Assembly: GCA_002269645.1 (NCBI GenBank)
Contig: NIVC01003835.1
Span: forward strand, 1 to 47,306
DNA length: 47,306 nucleotides
DNA from: Macrostomum lignano
Taxonomy: Eukaryota
Reading direction: 5' to 3'
The notes beneath the pieces are model-generated. The model was not told the DNA's origin and searched no databases. It saw only the letters and a program-made list of their open reading frames with translations. Positions 1 through 11,692 of this stretch are shown one piece after another. Every line of letters begins with the position of its first letter. Position 1 is the stretch's first letter. A program made the translations under genes and the position numbers.

Positions 1-1202
1 GGAGAGAGGCACCTGAGCAGCTGAACTCCGCAATCATCTCCATACAGCTGATTTCGTCAAGTCATGGAGGAAGAGAGTTCAGTTCCGCTTGATGAGAGCT
101 GGGAAATTCCGCCTCAACGCTATTTGGACGGGCGATGATGGGGTTTGAGCTGGGGCAGCCATGCAGATGGCAGCGCATCATCACTCAGTCAGGCAGTCCA
201 AAGGCGTTATCTCAGCCTCTTGAACGCCGTGACAGGGAGAGAGAGACTTAGTTAATTCCGATAAGCCGTCTGAACATTGATTTCTATATAAATGATTTAG
301 CTACATGTATAAGTATAAAGGCAGCTATAGTTGTTAATTATTCGCATCGATTCCTGCATGGCAGTTTTATCACCTCGCTAAAGCCGGTAGATAAACGGAT
401 TGATATTATGTATATTTTCTTCACTGTGCGAATAAATCAAGATGGAAGGCCTCTTATATTCTGGCAATACCTTAATCTGCTAGTTTTATCAATAGATTAA
501 TCAACAAAAGAATTGATCAAATAACCGAATGCGAAGAGGAAAAAGAGAAACTTTGATAAGAACTCGAGGATGGCCGCCCAAGTACGTCTCATGGCTTGCT
601 GCTTATATTCTCTGAGGAATATGCTCGCTAGTATTTATTCATGGACTGTGGGAAACGCAAATTAAAATTTTCATTTAGTCACTTTCTGCATAGGTTAGAC
701 TACATAATACATGTAAATGTGTGCGGCTGTCTGCTAACAGAGGACGGTTAATCATGGACGGCTAAAGTACATGTACGATCGTAGAAAGGACTCCGCGAAA
801 AGGTTTTCTTCTTTGAACCTTCGGAGCTTTTGAATTTTAAATGAAAGAATTGTACTTTGTTTATATAAAAAATTATCGCAAATTAAAACGAAAATTTCTT
901 GCAACCGTCTAAAAACGAAGTGCATTAAATTCAAGATGGAAGACCGCGAGTATGGTAAGAAGTGTGCGAACGCAAGTGCGGGCCATGCTACTTAACAAGT
1001 AGCTTTAAAATTTTTTTTGCTCAAAAAATAAAAAAATATGATGAATGCTTATTAATTCATAGTATATTTATTACAAAATCATAATACTGGTGAAGAAATT
1101 GATCTGATTTTTTAAGCACAGTCTCTGAAATCGGACTCATTCAGAATAATTAAAAGGCTTTCTTAGAAAGACGAATAAACATCAAGTCGTCAGAATGATC
1201 AA

Positions 1203-4200
1203 TCAATTGGTCCATTCTTCCTTCCAGTCGTCTTCAGTCGATTGCCAACTGTCCCGAAGCTGTGAAAATCGATTTTTTTACTTTCTGTTTTACTTGACTT
1301 CAGGGTCTGGGATTCGGATTTCTGGTCTGAGGATTGGGATTTCTGGGTCTGAGGATTGAGATTTCTGGGTCAGAGGATTGGGATTTCAGGATCTGAGAAT
1401 CGGAACTTCAGGATCTGAAGGATCGCGGGACTTCATGGTCTAAGGATCGGGACTTCAGGATCTGAGGATCGGGACTTCGGGATCTGAAGATCGGGACTTC
1501 AGGTTCTGAGGATTGGTGAGACTTCAGGATCTGAGGATCGGGACTTCGGGATCTGAAGATCGGGACTTCAGGGTCTGAGGATCGGGACTTCAGGGTTTGA
1601 GGATTGGTGGGACTTCAGGATCTGAGGATCGGGACTTCAGGATCTAAGGATCGGGACTTCAAGTTCTGAGGATCGGGACTTCGGGATCTGAAGATCGGGA
1701 CTTCAGGGTCTGAGGATCGGGACTTAAGGATCTAAGGATTGGGACTTCAGGATCTGAGGATCGGGACTCCAGGATCTGAGGATCGGGACTACATGGTCTA
1801 AGGATCGGGACTTCAGGATCTAAGGATCGAGACTTCAGGGTTTGAGGATTGCTGGGACTTGAGGATCTAAGGATTGAGACTTAAGGATCTAAGGATCGGG
1901 ACTTCAGGATCTGAGAATCGGGACTTCGGGATCTGAAGATCGGGACTACAGGGTCTGAGGATTGGTGAGACTTCAGGATCTGAGGATCGGGACTTCAGGA
2001 TCTAAGGATCGGGACTTCAAGTTCTGAGGATCGGGACTTCGGGATCTGAAGATCGGGACTTCAGGTCTGAGGATTGGTGAGACTTCAGGATCTGAGGATC
2101 GGGACTTAAGGATCTAAGGATTGGGACTTCAGGATCTAAGGATCGGGACTTCAGGATCTGAGAATCGGGACTTCGGGATCTGAAGATCGGGACTACAGGG
2201 TCTGAGGATTGGTGAGACTTCAGGATCTGAGAATCGGGACTTCGGGATCTGAAGATCGGGACTTCAGGGTCTGAGGATTGGTGAGACTTGAGGATCTGAG
2301 GATCGGGACTTCGGGATCTGAAGATCGGGACTTCAGGGTCTGAGGATCGGGACTTCAGGGTTTGAGGATCGGGACTTCAGGGTTTGAGGATTGGTGGGAC
2401 TTCAGGATCTAAGGATCGGGACTTCAAGTTCAGAGGATCGGGACTTCGGGATCTGAAGATCGGGACTTCAGGGTCTGAGGATTGGTGAGACTTCAGGATC
2501 TGAGGATCGGGACTTAAGGATCTAAGGATTGGGACTTCAGGATCTGAGGATCGGGACTCCAGGATCTGAGGATCGGGACTTCAGGATCTGAGGATTGGGA
2601 CTTCAGGATCTGAGGATCGGGACTCCAGGATCTGAGGATCGGGACTCCAGGATCTGAGGATCGGGACTTCAGGATCTGAGGATTGGGACTTCAGGATCTC
2701 AGGATCGAGACTTCAGGGTTTGAGGATTGGTGGGACTTCAGGATCTAAGGATCGGGACTTCAAGTTCTGAGGATCGGGACTTCGGGATCTGAAGATCGGG
2801 ACTTCAGGGTCTGAGGATTGGTGAGACTTCAGGATCTGAGGATCGGGACTCCAGGATCTGAGGATCGGGACTTCAGGATCTGAGGATTGGGACTTCAGGA
2901 TCTCAGGATCGAGACTTCAGGGTTTGAGGATTGGTGGGACTTCAGGATCTGAGGATCGGGACTTAAGGATCTAAGGATTGGGACTTCAGGATCTGAGGAT
3001 CGGGACTCCAGGATCTGAGGATCGGGACTTCAGGATCTGAGGATTGGGACTTCAGGATCTCAGGATCGAGACTTCAGGGTTTGAGGATTGGTGGGACTTC
3101 AGGATCTAAGGATCGGGACTTCAGGTTCTGAGGATCGGGACTTCGGGATCTGAAGATTGGGACTTCAGGGTCTGAGGATTGGTGAGACTTCAGGATCTGA
3201 GGATCGGGACTTCAGGATCTGAGGATTTGGACTTCAGGATTCAGAGAATTTAAAACTTCAGGATCAGGACGATTTATGACTGCAGAGTGACTCTCTCAAG
3301 TCAAGGATAGAAGTTTCGAGACTTGAATTATTAGTTTTAAATAAACAAGCTTTTAAATAAACAAAAAAACAAAAAGATCACTCACAAACAGATTCCCCTG
3401 CAGCTGCACTCCAACCACCTGAAGCAGCAGCTGCCGCAGCTGCCAGCCTCCCAGAGCATTGATGGGGCCGCTCTCCAGTCGCAATCGGTCGCGCACAAGT
3501 CGCAGTGCAGTCGTCTTTGCAGACCCTCCACTCGAGCTGGCGGTCGCGGCAGTTGAGGTCAGACGATCGTGAAGACGCTGGGAAAAATGTTTGGAACAAG
3601 TTTTTTTAATTGGCTGTCACTGTCGACAGTCCAGGATATCCAATTTCAATATAGATATCCCATTCTCTGTAGTCAAAATATTCCCGATTCTCTCTCCCTA
3701 CCCTAGATATTCCACTCTCCCTACCCTAGATATTCCACTATCCCTACCCTAGACATCCCCACTATCCCTACCATAGACACCCAACTCTCCCTACCCTAGA
3801 TATTCCACTCTCCCTACCCTAGATATTCCACTCTCCCTACCCTAGACATCCCACTCTCCCTACCCTAGACATCCCCACTATCCCTACCATAGACACCCCT
3901 CTCCCTACCCTAGATATTCCACTCTCCTACCCTAGATATTCCACTCTCCCTACCCTAGACATCCCACTCTCCCTACCCTAGATATTCCACTCTCCCTACC
4001 CTAGATATTCCACTCTCCCTACCCTAGACATCCCACTCTCCCTACCCTAGATATTCCACTCTCCCTACCCTAGATATTCCACTCTCCCTACCCTAGACAT
4101 CCCACTCTCCCTACCCTAGATATTCCACTCTCCCTACCCTAGATATTCCACTCTCCCTACCCTAGACATCCCACTCTCCCTACCCTAGATATTCCACTCT

Positions 4201-6188
4201 CCCTACCCTAGATATTCCACTCTCCCTACCCTAGACATCCCCACTATCCCTACCATAGACACCCCACTCTCCCTACCCTAGATATTCCACTCTCCCTACC
4301 CTAGACATCCCCACTATCCTTACCATAGACAAACCACTCTCCCTACCCTAGATATTCCACTCTCCCTACCCTAGATATTCCACTCTCCCTACCCTAGATA
4401 TTCCACTCTCCCTACCATAGACACCCCACTCTCCCACCCTAGATATTCCACTCTCCCTACCCTAGACATCCCACTCTCCCTACCCTAGACATCCTATTCT
4501 CTCTACCCTAGACATCCCAATCTCACCAGATATCCCACCAGCATCATCTGCAGACAGTCTATGGACTGACTGGCCAACCACTCAGCTTCGCATCTCTCCG
4601 ACGTCTCGTCAGCCGCTCTCAGCAGAGCTCCATCATCAACCGCGAGTGCGTCTCCTTCAATCAAGCTACTAGCAGCAGACAATTTGGGAGGCAACTTTTC
4701 GGCGATACATCGAATAGCGCCGGCGGCAGCGAGAGCGGCTTCGCGATGTCGGTCCAAGCAGGTTCGAATTTCAACCAGAATTTTCAACCTGCCTGTGATC
4801 GCCTCGCGCTGACTGGAAATCCAGGACTCGATGCTGGCGTCGCCGTCTTCATCAGAGAAGGATGATCGAGTGGCAGTTGCTGAGGTGAAGTCAATGGAAT
4901 CTCTATCCCAACCACCAGCGGCTGTCCGAGCCTGATTAACAGCTTTGGCATAGTTCTGCATAGGTGATGACGGATATGTAAAAAATATTGGTACAATAGG
5001 TATGTAGATTGGTAGATAGATCGGTAGATAGGTAGATAGATAGTTCAATAGGTACGTAGACAGGTAGAGTTAGTTATCCTAGATAGTCCCATGAAATCCG
5101 ATAGTCTCAGATCCTCAGAGGTAGGTAGGTAAATAGATAGGTAGCAGGAGTTAGACAGGATAGTGTCACTTGATATACAAGTGTCACCTGTTAGACAGGA
5201 TAGTGTCACCTGTTAGACAGGACAGTGTCACCTGTTAGACAGGATAGTGTCATCTGTTAGACAGGATAGTTTCACCTGTTAGACAGGATAGTGTCACCTG
5301 TTAGACAGTATAGTGTCACCTGTTAGACAGGACAGTGTCACCTGTTAGACAGGATAGTGTCACCTGTTAGACAGGATAGTGTCACCTGTTAGACAGGATA
5401 GTGTCACCTGTTAGACAGGATAGTGTCACCTGTTAGACAGGATAGTGTCTCCTGTTGGGTAAGTAAGTAGGTACGTCAGGCAGGTAAGTCGATAGGCAGG
5501 TAGACAGATGGGTAGATAGATCTGATAGATCGATAGATACAGACACAGAGATAGGTGGGTGGATACTAGATAGATATCCCATACCGCACACCCCTAGGCA
5601 ATTAAAAAATAGGAGCGTCAACCCGCGCCTCATTTCCGTTGCAGTGCATCAGAAAGTGCTCCAGCTCGGCATCCTGACCCAGCACCGGGTGCCGCCGCAG
5701 CGCGGTCAAGTAGTCTTGAAGGCCGGCCTCCCGCTCCTCCAGAAACAGCCGCCGCTGCCGCCGCTGCCTCATCGCCAGGCCGCTGGCGCCCGGCAGAGTC
5801 GGCAGCTCCGGCCGGCCACGCGTTGGCAGCTCCGGGATCAGCCAGTGAGGCCGACGCTGCACCAGCGATTCGTGCAGTCGACGAAAATCGCTGTAGCGTC
5901 TAACAACGCCTTCGGTGGTGGAGTGGCCGCAGCGAATCGAATAAACCCGGTGGCTGAACAGCGGGAGGCCTCGCGACTCGTCTAGAAGTCTAACTTGGAC
6001 ACTTGGACCTTGACAGTTAAAAACAGTCGAAAAAATGTATAAAATTGATTATTTTGTAATACTGTTAAATCTAGTTTTAGTATATTTTTTTAACTTCCTT
6101 ATTGTTGTCAATGAACTTTAGAAATACTTTTTCAGAAAATCATAAACTAAATTGATAAATAATTACCTGCAAACAAGCTTTCATCCAT
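1203..6188 (-). CDS. PX-BAR sorting nexin-like gene, 5 exons (6188-6167, 6008-5623, 4955-4527, 3577-3386, 1259-1203), about 361 aa
   Basis: Exon 2 encodes PX motifs (VVRRYSDFRRLHESL..LIPELP..FLEEREAGLQDYL..RHPVL..LEHFL). Exons 3-5 are helical BAR-like and end LRDSWQSTEDDWKEEWTN*. Intron phases 1,0,0,0 all match and the total of 1086 nt is in frame. Donors are GTAATT, GTTGAC (weak), GTGAGA and GTGAGT. SNX subfamily not determinable. Confidence 0.8.
1300..3265. repeat. Minisatellite, 22-bp unit GGGACTTCAGGATCTGAGGATC with 25-bp variants; fills SNX intron 4
   Basis: Tandem units read directly; variant units recur in ordered blocks. Confidence 0.95.
3692..4518. repeat. Minisatellite, 23-bp unit CTCCCTACCCTAGATATTCCACT; fills SNX intron 3
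   Basis: Tandem units read directly. Confidence 0.95.
4995..5575. repeat. SNX intron 2 repeats: (TAGA/TAGG)n microsatellite flanking a 22-bp minisatellite TGTTAGACAGGATAGTGTCACC (about 5150-5456)
   Basis: Tandem units read directly. Confidence 0.9.
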
Positions 6189-6941
6189 TATCTCCAACAG
6201 TAGTTATGTGATTCTAGAAAAAAAGGTATTGCAATAATTTTAGTTTTAATTTTTGGATAATTTTTTATTTGTGATCTTATTTTTATCTTATTAGCTATTT
6301 ATTAACATATGTTAAGTACAGAATAAGATGCAAAGTAAATATTCTCTAATTATTATAGTTTACTATAATATAAATTTTCAGTGGTTAGTCAGGTTGTCTT
6401 TTATTTTAAAAAATATTTTCTGAAAAAACTTATATCACGTCAACACAGATTTACTAAAATAGTTATTTTTTAAATATGTTTCTGAATGTACTAATATTAT
6501 GATAGCTACATTTAAATTTTTTATTTTGACTGATAAAAGCAAGGTTTCTATTTTTCGTAATTGTAAACTTGTGAATATGAAATGTATTCCTTACTACAAA
6601 AATAGAGCACATTACTTACAACTACTTTTGGTCGAAGTATAAACACTTTCTAGCTAATCGACTTACGCGGGAAGAAAAAGTAATTTATAATTTATAAATT
6701 TATAACGCTGTATTGTGCCACTCTAAGCTTTATCCGTCCTTCACGTTTCGTAGAGGCTTCTACGAAAACAGTAAATTTGATTTAATGCCAACGTCATACA
6801 TGTATAACAATTTACTATTATTTTCGTTTTATTTTTTATACCGATTGACACTATATTAATACTAATAATTAATGCCCTATTTTGTTATGCTTATGCCCCA
6901 ATATATTAGATCATATATTAGTATTAGCTTCGTATATTTGT

Positions 6942-7134
6942 CAGGGGCGTAGCCAGGAATTTCCTACGGGGGGACACACCAAAGGTGAATTTTCTACGGG
7001 GGGGATACACCAAGGTAAAAGTGCTATGAAAGAGTCACACGGTAGCATGTATAGCAACAAAGGGCAACAAAAAAATTTTGGTCAGGCTCTTCGGGGGGGA
7101 TACATCACCCCTATCCCCCCTCCCTACGCCCCTG
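6942..7134. mobile_element. hAT-type MITE (193 bp)
   Basis: Termini CAGGGGCGTAG...CTACGCCCCTG. Flanked by a near-perfect 8-bp TSD, ATATTTGT (6934-6941) and ATATTTTT (7135-7142). Confidence 0.75.
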
Positions 7135-8169
7135 ATATTTTTTGTATTGTATTAAGCGGTCAGGTTGCGTTTCGCGGGTACGTTTTTATAAGTCTGTATA
7201 GCATCTAGGAATCCTAAACAGATTTAGAAATGGCTATTAATCAGATGTAAAGCACAAATTATTAGATCTGAAGTTTTAAATGTACGTTAATGTATGTTAA
7301 ACTAGCAAGTAGTATATATGAATTGAAGGCATCCATTGATCTTATGATTCATGCGTTATACATTTTCCCTATCCGCAGTTTCTTGAAATACATGGATAAC
7401 AAGTACATTTAATTACCTTTAAATAGATTACTTTGATTACTTATGATTCCATTTACTTTATTTACGTAACGGTTCTAATAAGTCGTCCCTAAATTGGAAA
7501 AATAACTGAGGAAATGAACTATTATTGCATGAAAAATAGTCATGTGTATATGTATCTCATCTAAAATTAAAATAACCTTCTACTGTATCTGTTTGATTCA
7601 GCAGACAACTTTGTGGCTTCTTAAGCTTGATAAGAAAATTTTGACATTGCAAAGTTGCCAAAGTTTTGACAAAGTTGCAACCAGGGTGTGATTTGTCACC
7701 TGGTGTCTCCCGGCCATCGAAGGATGATGATCTACATGTTGAATGCTTAATAGATTAATCGAGGATGCTTACGGTAGCAGTTAAGGCTTGTTCACTGTCA
7801 AGGTTTGATCAACAAAAGTAGAGAAATTCGCAAAACATGGTATGCACAGTATGTTGAATGTTCAGAAGCTCCGCCTGGATCATCTTCCCACTGACAAAGA
7901 AGTCAAGAGTTGATGCAGATACATGTGGTCGATGTGCTGACAAAATGTTTAGGCTTGGCAAGGCCGCACTGGAGCACGAAGGTGTATTAAATACACTTAG
8001 CGCCTATGAAAAAATCCGACCTCCTGGAAGAATCATTGAATATCTCGAGAATTATTGAATTATCGGGGGGTCTCTTCTATTGGTAATTCGATGGACAGAA
8101 AATACCTTGGTGAGAAAGTTTGTGTTTGTGCAAACTCGGAGCTGTTCCGATGTTTTGCAGAGTCGTGAA

Positions 8170-9655
8170 GCACTGTGAAGTTCCGCAAGTTCCGTACTCC
8201 CAGTTCCGCAAGCCCCCTGTTCGCCTGGTACCTTTGCGGGCTGCAAGAGAACGCGGCAGAACGCACGCGGGTGGAACGCCACGAGGAGACTGGCGCAACT
8301 CGATCATGCGCTGGTTCGCACTCGCGAGCGCCGCCGCGTCACCAACTGTGACACCATGGCTCCACTGGCTCTCTGGTCATACCACCGACTCCTGCTCTGC
8401 GACTTGCGGCTCCGCGGCAACGGCGCTACTATCGCGCCCTGTTGGACACCCGCGTGAAGCGTCAATTGGCGGACGCCTTCGTCGGCGCATTTGGAGACCA
8501 TCGTCTGCAGTCGGTGCTGGACCCGTAACTTCGATACGAGCAGAACGGATTACGGCCGCAACGCGGTACAGAGACACAGATCCTCGCACTCAGCCGTGTC
8601 ATCGAGGAGACGCGCATCCGCCAGTCTACGCTGATCATTCATTGTCTTCGGTGACTTTCGAAAGGCGTTTGACTCGGTGTTGAGAGCCGCTGAGACACTT
8701 TATCAGAAGTTTTGCAGGGCGACACGCTGGCGCCGTTCCTCTTCGTGCTCTTCGTGCTGGACTGGGTGCTTCAGACCGCACTCCCCTCGGCTAACGACGG
8801 CTTCCTGCTGCGCAGACGCATCGGTCACCCCCACGGCGAAAAGCGCCTGAACGTTCTTGGCTACGCCGACGACCTCGCCATCTTGTCCTCGTCCGTTGAA
8901 AGGCGCCCAGCGCCAGATTGACAAGCTGGTTGAGGTGGAATCGAGCGTCGGTCTGGTTGTCAACACGCTGAAGACCGAGGTGCTGACTGTGCCGGCCGAT
9001 ATCACAGCGGACCTGACGTGCCGCGGCGCAGACGGGCAGACGACCAGGCTCGCACGCTGCCAGTGGGTCACCTACCTCGGCGGTATGGTGCCCGACGTGG
9101 AGAAAGACCTCCGGCGGCTCAGAGGACTTGCCTGGGCAGCCTTCCGTTCGATCCGGGCTGTCGTCCAATCCGAAGCGCTGCCCGACCGCCAGAGGGCTCG
9201 GCTGTGGCAGGCGGTGGTCGAGACCATTCTGCTCTACAACGCCGAGACGTGGACGCTGACGGCTACGCTGGAGCGTCAGCTGGACTCGGCGCACTCAGGG
9301 CTGCTCCGTGCGGCCTTTCGAGCTGACGAGAGCGTCGGGACCGAGGCCCTGTACGATCGGGCCAAGCTGCCCGTCCATCATCCTGCGCCGGCGGTGACTT
9401 CAACTGGCGGACCACGTGATCCGGGCCGAGGGCTACTGCCCCCAACCTGTTCAGGACGTCCTGCTGCTCACCTTGCAGGGCCCGTTCAGGCCGGGTCAGG
9501 CCCGAACCCGTCGATACGTGGACTGCCTGCTGTGCGACGCTGCCAATGGAGCGGACTTCGTTTATTCTCAGGCTGCTTCGGTGCGCCATCTGACGCGCCC
9601 TGCTCTAACTGTGACCTTGCATGCAGGGCTGCGTACCTTGTTGTTGTTGTTGTTG
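8170..9655 (+). mobile_element. Degenerate RTE-like non-LTR retrotransposon (5'-truncated, two internal deletions, frameshifts)
   Basis: In order: APE endonuclease C-terminus (RRLAQLDHALVR..VTNC..SYHRLL), RT motifs EQNGLRPQRG, DFRKAFDSV, QGDTLAPFLF, GYADDL and TYLGG, then a (TTG)n tail at 9638-9655. The 5' boundary is approximate. Confidence 0.9.
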
Positions 9656-9689
9656 CTTTTTATTTTCGTTTTTAGCAAACTGGGGGTTT

Positions 9690-9845
9690 GATTCGTTCAC
9701 AGCCTTGACCCTCTCTATGAATTCTGCCCACAGCTTACGACCGGCGTTGGGGCTGCTGCACAGGTCCGCGTGGCAGGTAATACCGAGGGTGCGGCGGGTC
9801 CCTTCCAGATTCGCGCACTCCACGGCCACGTGGATATTGCTTGTT
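9690..9845 (-). mobile_element. Probable C-terminal fragment of an RNase H-type LINE ORF
   Basis: Minus strand reads IHVAVECANLEGTRRTLG..DLCSSPNAGRKLW. This resembles the H-x4-C end of the zinc-knuckle region of LOA/R1/I-type ORF2. Recognition is by motif only. Confidence 0.4.
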
Positions 9846-9890
9846 GATGTTGGATGATGTTGTTGGAAGAGCCATTTTGCGCGCCTATGT

Positions 9891-10333
9891 ACCGGCACCT
9901 GCTCCATCGTCTTCCAGAACGAAGTTCTCACCATCAGCTCCTGCGCCATGGAGCTGTACAATCAGCGCTTCTGGGGGAAGGAGATTACCCTCCACTTGGA
10001 CAGTCAAGCGGCGATTCACGCCCTTGAGCGCACCACTACCTGCTCGAGTACAGTCCTCGACTGCATCGGGCAGCTCAACCGCTTAGGCGCCTCTAACAAG
10101 GTGTCCCTAAGGTGGATCCCCGGGCACTCGGGTCACCCCGGCAACGAGTTGGCCGATCGCCTGGCCAAGGCTGGCTCGACCGGTTCTTTTACTGGTCCCC
10201 TGCCCGTGGCCCCCACCTCCATCGCCGTTGTCACCACTCGGATCAACCAGCGGGTGGCTTCTAAGCTCAGTGAGAGGTGGGCTAACGCCCCCGACTGCCG
10301 GCAATCCATGTTTAAGTAAGTCAAGTAAGTCAG
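9891..10333 (+). mobile_element. RNase H-encoding LINE fragment (I/LOA/R1-type) with 10-bp TSD
   Basis: [36 protein letters not shown] is an RNase H signature. Identical GCGCCTATGT lies at 9881-9890 and 10334-10343. The insert ends in AAGTAAGTC AAGTAAGTC. Confidence 0.85.
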
Positions 10334-11692
10334 GCGCCTATGTTTAACGTGTCTTTACTATGCAACATTGCACGAGAAAACCAGCACAATGAACTCATCA
10401 GATTCAATGCTTTGGGTAATTGTATTAAATTATTCTATACTGATGTACACTCAGAAACATGTTAAACTTTCCAGTGGTAACTTTTCACAGATTTCAGCCC
10501 CTACAAAGTGACGAAAATCACAGCACGCCCGTGATTCTCGTCTCAACTGTGGAGTGTAATACAATTTGCGTCACAATTGGCCTTAGCTTAGGTTGGGGAG
10601 AAGTGAGTGGACAGTTTACAGCTAGAGTTGAATTAAACATTGCCACTTCGTGACCACTGGTTAGTTTGTCGTACAAATACACACCTGAAATGTATAAGTA
10701 GCTGCCCTAGAAGCCATTGACGTGTTGATTCTTAACAGATCTTGTCTATCTTCTTGGGTTGCTGCGCAAGTACTTGCAAGAACGTGCAAGATCTTTGCTA
10801 TGATAAAACTGAGGTAAACTTACCAGATCTGGGCGACTTGCTACGTCGTGCAAGATGTTAACTTTTATATCTTTTTATAGCTTCGAATCGCATATTTTAT
10901 TAATTTTATTGTCCCATTTTGCCATAAAATAAATCATAATAAAGCTAGAACACTTTGGCCAAATGAATGACAAAACAAATGTACCTCCCTTCTTAGAAGA
11001 TCCTGCAAGAACCGAGCAGATTGAGAAGATCTGCTAAGAATGGCACAGAGACAAGATCTGCTAAGTTTGAGAAACAGAATGTCCTCTAGGGTGACTTTTT
11101 TAGAGGTTCGGCCCAAATACGTGCGTCCTGACACCTACATCTCTCCCCTTTGTGGCCACTCGTGGCCGGCGAGAGGTTAAAATTGTTGTTGTTGTTGTCT
11201 TTGACTTTGTATGCATTTACACCAAAGATTTATGAACAATTATGCATTATTTTCTTAGCAAGTCGTCAACAAGGCTTATTGTTGTGAAACTGTTGTGAAT
11301 ATTCAATTCTTGTGAAACTACATAAAACTGTACAGCCTCAAAGACATTGAATCGTAAAACTTGCACAGTCCGCGCCCGGTTGCAATATCGAATGTTACAT
11401 CATGTACCTCGTTATTATTCTAGGAGTCTATCCAGCGTACGAGAACGTACTGAACACTACATTACCAACATTGATGGTAAAACATTGCCTAATCAGGCGT
11501 TACACTTAAAATTGGAGAGACTGAAATGTTTAACGAAATTGAAACAACCAGACATCGTTACTTGGTAAGAAAACGTTTTTATTATCAGTTTCTATCAAGT
11601 TCGCCAGACAAACTTTTTGTCACCGAATTCGTTAGTATGTCGCGTAAACTTGCTCGCCAATTTATACTTTTAGAGACGATCGCACGTACCGG

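Noticed and set aside
1-260. GC-richer coding-like stretch at the window start
   Set aside because: Stops in all six frames, no recognisable domain, and truncated by the window edge.
7700-8060. Moderately GC-rich segment with short ORFs
   Set aside because: No domain motifs, no consistent splice signals and no TE termini recognised.
9690-10343. Twin-priming 5' inversion explaining both RNase H-family fragments as one insertion
   Set aside because: The 10-bp TSD brackets only 9891-10333, and the tail is on that piece rather than on the inverted one.
11155-11180. GGCCGGCGAGAGG|TTAA, a piggyBac-like terminus
   Set aside because: No partner TIR found upstream.
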